A DNA stretch of 64,000 nucleotides from a virus. Made by a program: the position numbers and the translations under genes. Under the pieces are notes generated by a model, which worked only from the letters and a program-made list of their open reading frames with translations, was not told where the DNA came from and made no database searches. Positions within the stretch are counted from its first letter, which is position 1. Every line of letters begins with the position of its first letter. This document shows positions 1 to 8,596 of the stretch, piece by piece. The stretch lies in IMG/VR virus record IMGVR_UViG_3300045988_100041; one strand, 5' to 3'.

Positions 1-14
1 CGGCACTAACACGG

Positions 15-257
15 TTGGAACGCGCATATGCCGAAATTCGGGAAATGCCCGCCGCTGACGTTGCGGAGGTGGTGCTTGGGCAGTGGGAAGGTGAGGGCGA
101 CGGTTACGCCGACGGCGCACTTGTCTATGATGTGTGGAACTGCTCAAATTGTGGCTACTGCATTGATGACGGAACGGACGACCCGGAACGTCTGCCGAAA
201 TACTGCCCCAACTGCGGGGCGAAGATGGATGGAGGATTTGACGATGCGACCAGTTGA
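15..257 (+). CDS. hypothetical zinc-ribbon protein (possibly 5'-truncated by the window edge)
   Basis: Frame stays open back to nt 3. Two CxxC pairs (CSNCGYC ... CPNCGAKM). Its stop overlaps the ATG at 244. Confidence 0.45.
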   Translation: MERAYAEIREMPAADVAEVVLGQWEGEGDGYADGALVYDVWNCSNCGYCIDDGTDDPERLPKYCPNCGAKMDGGFDDATS

Positions 258-549
258 CGCGGATGCAATCTACAACAAGGCACTGGAGGACCTCAGAAAG
301 GGAGAAATCGAAGACTGGGAAGCCGACTCAATCATAGATTACTTAGATGGTGCGCATACGATCAACGATGCAGAAATTGTGGTGCGGTGCAAGGACTGCA
401 AGTGGTTTGCGGACAACAACGGTGGAGAGTGGTATGGCTGCAAGATGTTTCATGTCGTTCGGATTACCCCAGAGGACGCACCGAAACCTGACGATTTTTG
501 CAGCTACGGAGAACGGAGGGAAGGAGGTAACGACCATGTTTCAGATTGA
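244..549 (+). CDS. hypothetical early protein
   Basis: Internal ATG of track ORF 28..549 that overlaps the upstream stop. Cys-containing segment CKDCKWF. Confidence 0.5.
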   Translation: MRPVDADAIYNKALEDLRKGEIEDWEADSIIDYLDGAHTINDAEIVVRCKDCKWFADNNGGEWYGCKMFHVVRITPEDAPKPDDFCSYGERREGGNDHVSD

Positions 550-739
550 GCTTTTATCCGGCGGCGTGTTCTGGGTATACGCCGTCGACACAGCGGAGGA
601 TATGTTTTTGATCTACCGAGATTCCAAGTGGAACTGGATTGGAATGGAAAAGTGCAAGCCGTATTACCTCAAGGTGAGTGAATGGGCCAATAAGAAGTTC
701 GTTTCCACATTTTGCAGCTGCGGAGAACGGAAGGAATAG
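536..739 (+). CDS. hypothetical protein
   Basis: ATG 536 lies 8 nt after GGAAGGAGG. Internal start of track ORF 347..739. Confidence 0.5.
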   Translation: MFQIELLSGGVFWVYAVDTAEDMFLIYRDSKWNWIGMEKCKPYYLKVSEWANKKFVSTFCSCGERKE

Positions 740-743
740 ACAC

Positions 744-2147
744 ATGGGGAAAATTGAATATCTTGAATTTTTACGGTCAAAGCAGAACGTGGCGACCGAT
801 GCAGGGTTTGATGCTGACGATCTGAACGAGCATCTTTTTCAATACGAGGCAGATATTGTGAGATGGGCGCTGAAAAAGGGGAAGGCTGCGTTATTTGAAG
901 ATTGCGGACTTGGAAAATCCATTCAGCAGCTGTCTTGGGCAGAAAAGGTATCTGAGCACACGGGGAAAAGCGTTTTGATTGTCGCACCGCTGAGTGTTGC
1001 GCATCAGACCGTGCGTGAGGGAGAAAAGTTCGGCATTGAGGCAATATACGCGCAAGACATGAGCACTGTCAAAGAAACAGGAATCTACACGACAAACTAT
1101 GAACGGCTGGGCGGGTTTGACGCTGCTACGTTCTCTGGCGTTGTCCTTGATGAATCCAGCATCCTGAAAGACTATACAAGCGCAACAAAGCAGGTGCTGA
1201 TCGATATGTTCATGGAAACACCGTATAAGCTTTGCTGTACGGCAACACCGTCTCCGAATGATTATGTAGAGCTTGGAAACCACGCGGAATTTTTAGGCAT
1301 TATGAGCAGAACGGAAATGCTTGCAACTTATTTTGTACACGACGGCGGAGAAACGCAGAAATGGCGGTTGAAGGGACACGCGCAGGACGCCTTTTTCGCT
1401 TGGGTCGCGAGCTGGGCATGCTGCATGACGCATCCTGCAGATCTTGGGTATGAGATGGTTGGATTCAACTTGCCGGATTTAAGGCTGCACGAGATCGAAG
1501 TGAAAACCGGAACGATCGAGGCGGAGGACGGTCAGTTTGGATTATTCCCGCAGGTATCTATGTCTCTCATGGAACGCAGAAAGGCAAGACGGGAGAGCCT
1601 CGGCTCACGCGCGCGTAAGGCGGCGGAGATCGCCATGATGGAGGATACACCGTGCCTTTTGTGGTGCGATTTGAACTCAGAGCAAGACGAGCTGGAAGAA
1701 CTTCTTGGCGACCGTGCGTTTTCTGTGCGCGGCGCAACGCCGAGCGATTTGAAGGTCGAGTATGAAAGAAGATGGCGCGAAGGAGAACGAAATATTCTTA
1801 TCAGTAAGCCGTCAGTTTTTGGGTACGGGATGAACTGGCAGCACTGCTGCCGGGAAATTTTCGTTGGTCTTTCCGACTCTTTTGAGGCTTACTATCAGGC
1901 GGTTCGCCGGTGCTGGCGGTTTGGTCAGACAAATCCGGTTGATGTCTATATCGTCATTTCAGAAGCAGAGGGCGCGGTAAGGGCGAACATCGAACGAAAG
2001 CAGGCGGATGCGATTCGTATGACGCAGGAGCTTGTGAAGTACACAAAGGACATTTTGAAATCGGATGTCCGACATACAACAAGGATCACAGAAACGTATT
2101 TTACCAACGAAAGGATGGATATTCCAAAATGGATGCAACCAGCGTAA
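744..2147 (+). CDS. SNF2/DEAD-like helicase
   Basis: Motif I FEDCGLGKS, motif II VVLDESS, motif VI-like QAVRRCWRFGQTNPVDVYI. ATG 744 chosen inside track ORF 678..2147. Confidence 0.85.
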   Translation: MGKIEYLEFLRSKQNVATDAGFDADDLNEHLFQYEADIVRWALKKGKAALFEDCGLGKSIQQLSWAEKVSEHTGKSVLIVAPLSVAHQTVREGEKFGIEAIYAQDMSTVKETGIYTTNYERLGGFDAATFSGVVLDESSILKDYTSATKQVLIDMFMETPYKLCCTATPSPNDYVELGNHAEFLGIMSRTEMLATYFVHDGGETQKWRLKGHAQDAFFAWVASWACCMTHPADLGYEMVGFNLPDLRLHEIEVKTGTIEAEDGQFGLFPQVSMSLMERRKARRESLGSRARKAAEIAMMEDTPCLLWCDLNSEQDELEELLGDRAFSVRGATPSDLKVEYERRWREGERNILISKPSVFGYGMNWQHCCREIFVGLSDSFEAYYQAVRRCWRFGQTNPVDVYIVISEAEGAVRANIERKQADAIRMTQELVKYTKDILKSDVRHTTRITETYFTNERMDIPKWMQPA

Positions 2148-3010
2148 AAGCACAGGAAATTACAGACCGCTACGCGCTTTACAACGGAGATAGCTGCGAG
2201 ATTCTTCCAGGGCTTCCGGATAACTCGATTCACTTTGAAATCTACAGCCCTCCGTTTGCGTCACTCTACACATACTCGAACAGCGAGCGGGATCTCGGGA
2301 ATTGTAAATCGGACGGTGAATTTTTTGAACATTTCAGTTTCATTATCAAGGAGCTTTACCGGGTGCTGATGCCGGGACGCATTATGGCAGTACACTGCAT
2401 GAACCTGCCGACGAGCAAGGAACGAGACGGATATATTGGGATCAAGGACTTCCGGGGTGAACTGATTCGCGCATTCCAGAAATCCGGCTTTATCTACCAC
2501 TCGGAGGTATGCATCTGGAAAGACCCGGTAATCGCCATGCAGCGCACGAAGGCGCTTGGGCTTTTGCACAAGCAGCTTAAAAAGGACTCCTGCATGTCGA
2601 GACAAGGTATCCCAGATTATCTGGTGGCAATGCGCAAGCCGGGAGAAAACCCAGAACGTGTGGAGCACACGAACGAGACATTCCCCGTGTCCATCTGGCA
2701 GAGATACGCCTCTCCCATCTGGACGGACATCAATCCGTCGGATACCTTGCAGGCTACGTCGTGTCGGGACGAGAACGACGAGCGGCATATTTGTCCCCTT
2801 CAACTCACGGTCATCCGCCGTGCGCTGAATCTCTGGTCAAACCCCGGCGATACGGTGCTCAGCCCATTTATGGGGATCGGTTCTGAGGGTGTTGTGTCCC
2901 TGCAGAATGGCAGAAGATTCGTCGGTGTGGAGCTGAAACCGACGTGGTATGAGCAGAGCGTTAAAAACTGCGCAGCGGTCACAGCGACCGAGCAGCAAAG
3001 CTTGTGGTGA
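2129..3010 (+). CDS. DNA methyltransferase (beta-class N6-adenine or N4-cytosine)
   Basis: SPPF catalytic motif (IYSPPFASLY) lies upstream of the AdoMet motif SPFMGIGSEG. Overlaps the helicase stop. Confidence 0.85.
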   Translation: MDATSVKAQEITDRYALYNGDSCEILPGLPDNSIHFEIYSPPFASLYTYSNSERDLGNCKSDGEFFEHFSFIIKELYRVLMPGRIMAVHCMNLPTSKERDGYIGIKDFRGELIRAFQKSGFIYHSEVCIWKDPVIAMQRTKALGLLHKQLKKDSCMSRQGIPDYLVAMRKPGENPERVEHTNETFPVSIWQRYASPIWTDINPSDTLQATSCRDENDERHICPLQLTVIRRALNLWSNPGDTVLSPFMGIGSEGVVSLQNGRRFVGVELKPTWYEQSVKNCAAVTATEQQSLW

Positions 3011-3070
3011 TGGTATGTTGCAGGTTCGCTTTTTCCATTTGCTATGATCGAATTGAGGGGAGGCTATGAA

Positions 3071-3277
3071 ATGAGCATCAAGCAGACAGAAATCAGACTC
3101 CGGTACATCGGGAAAACCGGATACCACGGATTGAAACACTGGAAGGTGTATGCGGTCAGCATCGTGAGCATGTATGGGAAACTCTGGGTGGAAGTTGGAG
3201 AGGAAAGCATTTCATATCCAAGCCTGGCATATCTATGCAGGAATTGGGCAGACCCGAATGGAGGGAAGCTTGCATGA
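3071..3277 (+). CDS. hypothetical protein
   Basis: In-frame ATG 8 nt after GAGGGGAGG, inside track ORF 3044..3277. Confidence 0.45.
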   Translation: MSIKQTEIRLRYIGKTGYHGLKHWKVYAVSIVSMYGKLWVEVGEESISYPSLAYLCRNWADPNGGKLA

Positions 3278-3498
3278 ATGACTGTGAACGTGTTGTTTCG
3301 TACTGCAAACAGCATGGGTCTATCACGCAGATGGAAGCGACGCTTGCATTTGGATGCACGAGACTTGGCGCTCGAATCTGGGATTTGAAGCACGGGAACT
3401 ACGGCGTCACGGTAACGGATGTTTGGGAAGAGAAACCTGACAGATTTGGCGTTATGTCGCGGTACAAAAGATATTTTGTGGAGGACATGGAGAAATGA
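3274..3498 (+). CDS. small winged-helix/HTH DNA-binding protein
   Basis: TQMEATLAFGCTRLGARIWDLKHGNYGV resembles the phage HTH 'RIxDLRxxG' type. ATG overlaps the upstream stop. Confidence 0.5.
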   Translation: MNDCERVVSYCKQHGSITQMEATLAFGCTRLGARIWDLKHGNYGVTVTDVWEEKPDRFGVMSRYKRYFVEDMEK

Positions 3499-3797
3499 AG
3501 ATAAGGGAAAGCACAGCGCCCACGCTCAACGAGTACATGAATCAGGACTGCGATCTCAAAGATGTTGGTGCGGTGGTACATCCGCCGCACTACAATGCCG
3601 GATCTATCGAGTGCATAGACGCACTCAATGCCATGGTTGAGAGCTGGCACGATCCGGTTGCTGCCGTGCTGGCGTGGCAGGCGGTCAAGTACATCTGGCG
3701 TTCGCCTTTCAAGGGAAACCCGGCGCAGGACATCCGCAAAGCACAGTTCTATCTCAGCCGGCTTCTGGAACAATATGAGCGTAAGACGGAAAACTGA
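3495..3797 (+). CDS. DUF3310-like phage protein
   Basis: PPHYNAGSIECIDALNAM ... AVKYIWRSPFKG ... KAQFYLSRL matches the remembered DUF3310 pattern. Confidence 0.6.
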   Translation: MKIRESTAPTLNEYMNQDCDLKDVGAVVHPPHYNAGSIECIDALNAMVESWHDPVAAVLAWQAVKYIWRSPFKGNPAQDIRKAQFYLSRLLEQYERKTEN

Positions 3798-4182
3798 CAG
3801 GCGCTTGACGCTCATCCGACCGTGCGGAACATGCGGACAGATGGTCGTTACATCTGCCGCATCTCCGTTCATGCGGATGGTTGCGCGAGACGGAAAACAG
3901 CAGGCAATCACATATTACTGCAGCGAAAGTTGCAAAAAAGCAAGCTATAAGCACATCGGATGCGTGGATGGCAAGGCAGATGAGCGGCGGAAAGAGCGCG
4001 AACAAAAAAGAGACGTTACAGAGAAAAATCGCAGATATTACGAGGCTCACGCCGAAGAAATTAAAGCAAAGAGACGGGCGTATTATGCCGAACATCCCGG
4101 TCTTGCGGCAGAAAACAGCAGGTATTGGAGAGAAAAGCAAAGATTGCTTGAGCAGGGGAAGGAAGGCAGACAAAATGCGTAA
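3778..4182 (+). CDS. hypothetical basic protein with zinc-ribbon-like N-terminus
   Basis: CGTCG ... CSESC, followed by a Lys/Arg/Glu-rich helical tail. Internal ATG of track ORF 3628..4182. Confidence 0.5.
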   Translation, partial: SVRRKTDRRLTLIRPCGTCGQMVVTSAASPFMRMVARDGKQQAITYYCSESCKKASYKHIGCVDGKADERRKEREQKRDVTEKNRRYYEAHAEEIKAKRRAYYAEHPGLAAENSRYWREKQRLLEQGKEGRQNA

Positions 4183-4861
4183 ACGGCTATTGGGCGTGGT
4201 GACAGTCTTACTGTGTGTTACGGCTTTGATGTCCATTGCTGTGAGTGTATATACGCTTGTGATTACGGCAAGGAGCATCGCGGAGAAGGGTGCGGAGCAA
4301 GAAGCCGTTACCGAGACACAAGTGGAACAGACAGAACCGGAGAGAATCGTCAAAGAAAAACCTGCGGGCGCATATGATCTGCCTGTCATATACATGCAGG
4401 CGGTTGTGACGATAATTGAAGAAGAACAACCCGTTTCGGTTCAGCCGCTTTTAAATGGAAACTGCGGCAAGGGCGGATTCATCACGGACGGAAAGAACGA
4501 TCTGGAACTTGTTGCAATCGCCATCTACAAAGAAGCTGGCGGAGATGACTGCAGCGACGAGACAAGGATTATGGTAGGGAACGTAATTATAAACCGGACA
4601 AACCACGAGGAATATCCAGACACAGTGGAAGGCGTTTTGCTGCAGCGCAGACAGTACAACACGTTTTACTGGACGGGGGTTGTCTGGCCGGAGAGGGCAA
4701 GCCTTGCATCGGAGCAGAAAGCGGTTGAACGCGCGTATGCTTGCGCGGAACGGGTGCTGCTGGGAGAAAAGTTGCTGGAAGATGATGTTATCTATCAGGC
4801 GGAGTTCTTTCAGGGGACAGAGCTGGTCTGTTATCAAGATGGCATTTATTTTTGCAGATGA
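4175..4861 (+). CDS. SleB/CwlJ-type cell-wall hydrolase with N-terminal membrane anchor
   Basis: N-terminal anchor LLGVVTVLLCVTALMSIAVSVY. Hydrolase_2-like core VAIAIYKEAGGDDCSDETRIMVGNVIINRTNHEEYPDTVEGVLLQRRQYNTF. Confidence 0.75.
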   Translation: MRKRLLGVVTVLLCVTALMSIAVSVYTLVITARSIAEKGAEQEAVTETQVEQTEPERIVKEKPAGAYDLPVIYMQAVVTIIEEEQPVSVQPLLNGNCGKGGFITDGKNDLELVAIAIYKEAGGDDCSDETRIMVGNVIINRTNHEEYPDTVEGVLLQRRQYNTFYWTGVVWPERASLASEQKAVERAYACAERVLLGEKLLEDDVIYQAEFFQGTELVCYQDGIYFCR

Positions 4862-4875
4862 AAAGGAGTGCGAGC

Positions 4876-5079
4876 GTGAAACGGTACAAAACATCGCCGT
4901 GTAAGGATTGCGGATTCAGACGGCTCGGGTGTCACAGTTCCTGCAAGCCATATATCGATTTTCAGGAATACTTGGCAGAAGTCAAAGCCATTAAAAAAGA
5001 AGCGCAGGAACGTGCGTGCGTAACATCCAGCTATCAGAAACGGAAGGATCGGGCAATTCGGAGAGGGGAGAAATGCTAG
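4876..5079 (+). CDS. hypothetical Cys-rich protein
   Basis: GTG 7 nt after AAAGGAG, inside track ORF 4852..5079. Contains CKDCGFRRLGCHSSC. Confidence 0.4.
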   Translation: MKRYKTSPCKDCGFRRLGCHSSCKPYIDFQEYLAEVKAIKKEAQERACVTSSYQKRKDRAIRRGEKC

Positions 5080-5270
5080 TGAGAATGATTTATTTGGCAA
5101 TCAACTGGATGATCGTCTTGGTGATGACCGGCGGCGGCATCGTATTTCTCGTAGAAGCGTTCCGGAAGGACCTGTTTAAGACATTCAGCGAGGCGGCAAC
5201 ATTTGGGTCAATCGGAACCTTGTGCGTTATGATCGGGATGCTGTTTCTTTTGAACATCGTCTTTGTATGA
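5073..5270 (+). CDS. small membrane protein
   Basis: Two hydrophobic spans (IYLAINWMIVLVMTGGGIVFLV, FGSIGTLCVMIGMLFLLNIVF). Confidence 0.5.
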   Translation: MLVRMIYLAINWMIVLVMTGGGIVFLVEAFRKDLFKTFSEAATFGSIGTLCVMIGMLFLLNIVFV

Positions 5271-5392
5271 CGCTCAGAGGCGCATCATGCGGAATTGAAA
5301 TCCAGAAGGGTTGGATACCAAGGAAGCATAAACAGGGCGCAGGCAGCCACTGGCGGCTTGACGCGCGCGAATAAATGGGGCGGGAGAAGAAA

Positions 5393-5827
5393 ATGCTTAA
5401 CAGAATCACAATTCAGGGCAGAATGGTCAAAAATCCGGAGATGCGGATGACGCAGAGCGGAACGCCGGTCACGTCCTTCACGCTTGCCGTTGAAAGAGAC
5501 TTTGCAAACGGGACGGGAGCAAAAGAAACGGACTTTATTGACTGCGTTTCGTTCAGAAGCACAGCAGAGTTTGCGTCGAAGTATTTCCGGAAGGGAAGTC
5601 TGACGGTTGCCTCCGGGCGGCTGCAGATCAGAAATTGGGAGGACAAGGACGGAAACAAGCGAAGAAACGCAGAGGTCGTTGTGGATGCAATATATTTTGC
5701 AGAGCGAAAGCGCGATGACGCTGCGCCGGAAGATCACGCATCGCCTTCGTATCCGGAAAGCACGCAGCCTTCGTTTTCCGGCGGGTTTACGGAACTGACG
5801 GATTCGGATGATGAACTGCCGTTTTGA
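5393..5827 (+). CDS. ssb: single-stranded DNA-binding protein
   Basis: OB-fold N-terminus MLNRITIQGRMVKNPEMRMTQSG and GRLQIRNWEDKDGNKRRNAEVVVD. Acidic tip DSDDELPF. Confidence 0.9.
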   Translation: MLNRITIQGRMVKNPEMRMTQSGTPVTSFTLAVERDFANGTGAKETDFIDCVSFRSTAEFASKYFRKGSLTVASGRLQIRNWEDKDGNKRRNAEVVVDAIYFAERKRDDAAPEDHASPSYPESTQPSFSGGFTELTDSDDELPF

Positions 5828-5851
5828 CTTTTGCGGAGGTAGAACGACTAT

Positions 5852-6076
5852 ATGAAGGTCAAGAAATGTCCGTTTTGTGGAGAAGAACAAGATATTCACA
5901 TGAGAGCAAACTACTCCCCAAAAATGCGAGTATGGCTAGTTTTTATCAAGTGTGAAGTATGCGGAGGCCAAACAAAGGTATTTCCGTGCGAAGAAGATCC
6001 GGAATCGGAAGAGTGGGAGAACGATGCCTGTGTAAAAGCACTCAGGGCGTGGAACAAAAGAAATGGGAGAAATTGA
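5852..6076 (+). CDS. Lar-family-like zinc-ribbon protein (possible restriction alleviation)
   Basis: KCPFCG ... CEVCG ... ALRAWNKRNG resembles the Lar family signature. Confidence 0.6.
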   Translation: MKVKKCPFCGEEQDIHMRANYSPKMRVWLVFIKCEVCGGQTKVFPCEEDPESEEWENDACVKALRAWNKRNGRN

Positions 6077-6078
6077 GC

Positions 6079-6954
6079 ATGGCAGAAAAGAGAATGTTTA
6101 CGAAATCGATTATTGACAGCGACGCTTTTCTTGAAATGCCACTTTCGGCGCAAGCGCTTTATTTTCACCTGAACATGAGAGCCGATGACGACGGATTCAT
6201 AAAAAACCCAAACCGAATCACAAGCTACGTTGGCGCATCGATCGATGATTTGCGGATATTGCTTGTTAAGCGATTTGTTATCCGTTTCGACTCTGGCGTG
6301 ATCGTAATAAAACACTGGCGTATGCACAATACGCTGAAAAGCGACCGCTATCATCCGACAGAATATCAAGATGAACTTGCGCTTCTCTGCGTCAAGCCTA
6401 ATAAGGCATATACAGAGAAAATTCCGGAACAAGATGACATTCCGGAATTGCAAGAATCAAGTGAAAATTCCAGTGGAACCAAATTGGAACCAGAACGGAA
6501 CCAGAATGGAACCTCAGACTTAGGTTTAGGTTTAGACTTAGATTTAGGTTTAGGTTTAGGTTTAGAAAAGAGTTTAACAGTATCTAATGATACTGTTTGT
6601 TGGACAAAAGATGTCCAACGGGTACTGGATGTGTGGAACTCGCTGGGATTAAACAAGATTCAGAAGATCTCAAAGGACACAAACCGAGGAAAAATGCTAA
6701 ATGCACGGTTAAAAGAATACGGAGCGGATACGGTCGTCAATGCAATCGAGCGTATTAAGAAAAGTTCTTTCCTCAAGGGACAGAACCGGAGCGGATGGAC
6801 AATCGTCTTTGACTGGTTCATAAAGCCGAACAACTTCATCAAGGTCATGGAAGGGAATTACGATGACAACACCGGATCAACACAACCGCCACTCAATCCG
6901 AACAAGAACCAGGTGCAGACAGACTACGGTTCACCGGAGGACTTTTACAGATGA
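6079..6954 (+). CDS. phage replisome organizer (DnaD-like C-terminal domain)
   Basis: N-terminus MFTKSIIDSDAFLEMPLSAQALYFHLNMRADDDGFI. C-terminal part resembles a DnaD-type domain. Sits upstream of the DnaC-like loader. Confidence 0.7.
   Translation: MAEKRMFTKSIIDSDAFLEMPLSAQALYFHLNMRADDDGFIKNPNRITSYVGASIDDLRILLVKRFVIRFDSGVIVIKHWRMHNTLKSDRYHPTEYQDELALLCVKPNKAYTEKIPEQDDIPELQESSENSSGTKLEPERNQNGTSDLGLGLDLDLGLGLGLEKSLTVSNDTVCWTKDVQRVLDVWNSLGLNKIQKISKDTNRGKMLNARLKEYGADTVVNAIERIKKSSFLKGQNRSGWTIVFDWFIKPNNFIKVMEGNYDDNTGSTQPPLNPNKNQVQTDYGSPEDFYR
6475..6567. repeat. ori-like repeat block inside the replisome-organizer gene
   Basis: Four GGAACC boxes start at 6475, 6486, 6497 and 6508, exactly 11 bp apart. 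Eight tandem hexamers TTAGGT/TTAGAC/TTAGAT/TTAGAA follow at 6520-6567. Confidence 0.55.
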
Positions 6955-7880
6955 GTGATATGCAGGAGCTGCTGGACATGGCGGCAAAAAAACGGCAGCC
7001 GGCGAAGACAGACGAAAGCGAAGCGCTTGAAAAGGCAGAGGGCTTTGCCGGGATTGCGGCAAAAAACGTCGTGAGGGACACTGCGACAGAGGCGGCAGGA
7101 GACGATGGGCTTCTGCGCTGCACAAGATGCGGCGGAAAGCGGCAGGCGAGAATCACAATATGCGACGAGAAAACCGGAAGGACAAAGGAACTGATCGTTC
7201 CTTGCATATGCCGGTGCATGCAGGAGGAAGATGCCAAAAAACAGGCGGATAACGCGGAGAAAGAGGAATCTGAACGGATCTCACGTCTGAAAAGAGCTGC
7301 GTTTGCAGAACAAACAATGCTGGATTATACGTTTGCGCGCGATGATCGGGCAAACCCGAAGATCTCGGCAGCGCTTAGAACATACTGTGACAATTTCCCC
7401 AGATTTCGCCGGGAAGGGAAGGGAATCATCCTGTATGGCTCTGTCGGGACAGGAAAAAGCTTTCTGGCGGCTTGCGTTGTAAATGAGCTGGTCAGCAAGG
7501 GCTATGCGTGCCAGATGACAACTTTTTCAAGGCTCACAAACCAGATCGGGGCAATCTGGAACGGAAAGCAGGAATACATTGACCAGATTGCGAGGCTTTC
7601 TTTGATTGCGATAGACGATCTTGGCGTGGAACGGGACACGGAGTACATGAACGAAAACATTACGACGATTTTAGATTCCCTCTACGCGGCAAAGGTTCCC
7701 ATGATTATCACGAGCAATTACAGCCCGAAGCAGATGACCGCAGAGACAGACATTCGCAGGAAACGGATATTTGACCGCATTCTGGAACGGTGCCATCCGA
7801 TTGAGATGACCGGGGAAAGCCGAAGAAAAAAGATAGGAAGAAATGACTATCTGGAAATGAAGGCTATATTGGGGGTGTGA
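6951..7880 (+). CDS. DnaC/IstB-like AAA+ helicase loader
   Basis: Walker A LYGSVGTGKSFLA, Walker B LIAIDDLGVE. N-terminal CxxC...C.C cluster. Confidence 0.8.
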   Translation: MSDMQELLDMAAKKRQPAKTDESEALEKAEGFAGIAAKNVVRDTATEAAGDDGLLRCTRCGGKRQARITICDEKTGRTKELIVPCICRCMQEEDAKKQADNAEKEESERISRLKRAAFAEQTMLDYTFARDDRANPKISAALRTYCDNFPRFRREGKGIILYGSVGTGKSFLAACVVNELVSKGYACQMTTFSRLTNQIGAIWNGKQEYIDQIARLSLIAIDDLGVERDTEYMNENITTILDSLYAAKVPMIITSNYSPKQMTAETDIRRKRIFDRILERCHPIEMTGESRRKKIGRNDYLEMKAILGV

Positions 7881-8098
7881 ACCGGGTGAAATATGAAATC
7901 CGGCGCGCAATCGACGGAAAAACCATCATGGGAACGGATTATGAAGAATGCTTTTACGACGACGAGACAATACGGAGCATGATGAAAGCCGGACTCAAGG
8001 CATACAAAGACGGAAAGGTTTACAGACCGAAGAACGGAGATGCGAAGCATGGTAAAGATCGGGGACAAAATTTCAAGCAGCTTGAGCTGTGTATTTGA
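7877..8098 (+). CDS. hypothetical protein
   Basis: GTG start overlaps the upstream TGA. Its 3' end overlaps the next ORF by 50 nt. Confidence 0.4.
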   Translation: MNRVKYEIRRAIDGKTIMGTDYEECFYDDETIRSMMKAGLKAYKDGKVYRPKNGDAKHGKDRGQNFKQLELCI

Positions 8099-8255
8099 TG
8101 AAAAAGCAGGAAGCGCAGGCAGACCGAGAAACGAAAAATACAAATTTCAGGGAACCGTCATATGGGTACACCCGGAGTGGCGGTTCTTTGTGGCAGAATT
8201 TAAGCTTCGGGACGGAAGCACGATTCGTTCATGCTTCCGGGAGGGGGAAACGTGA
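8049..8255 (+). CDS. hypothetical protein
   Basis: ATG about 9 nt after GGAG, inside track ORF 8040..8255. Confidence 0.4.
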   Translation: MVKIGDKISSSLSCVFDEKAGSAGRPRNEKYKFQGTVIWVHPEWRFFVAEFKLRDGSTIRSCFREGET

Positions 8256-8596
8256 TGGGAAAAGGTCTTAATTATGCGCAAAAACGTCAAATTGCGAGAG
8301 ACACAGAACTGAAAATCGGTGTACTTACTGGATTTCAGAAAGCTTGTGATTTTTGGGGAATTTCGCTCTACGAAGAAGGGTTCGGAGAAGTCCGGCTGGA
8401 AAGACTTGCACGGCGCGTGATGCAGCTTGACGACGAGCTGGGAGATGCGTGGACAAAAAGCGAAGAAGCAGACTATATGCAGGAGCAGGTGGACAGGATT
8501 CTAAAAAAAGCATACGGAAAAAACTTTTCACCGTTTGCAGAACGGAATCCATACATTGCAAAATTCGATTATAAATCCGGAGGAACTAGGAAATGA
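8255..8596 (+). CDS. hypothetical protein
   Basis: Internal ATG of track ORF 8231..8596, directly after the upstream stop. Confidence 0.5.
   Translation: MGKGLNYAQKRQIARDTELKIGVLTGFQKACDFWGISLYEEGFGEVRLERLARRVMQLDDELGDAWTKSEEADYMQEQVDRILKKAYGKNFSPFAERNPYIAKFDYKSGGTRK

Noticed and set aside
6520-6567. Tandem hexamer array that might be taken for a CRISPR-like or VNTR locus.
   Set aside because: The units are 6 nt with no spacers, and the array stays in frame inside the replisome-organizer gene. It is better explained as an ori-associated or linker repeat. No CRISPR array exists anywhere in the window.
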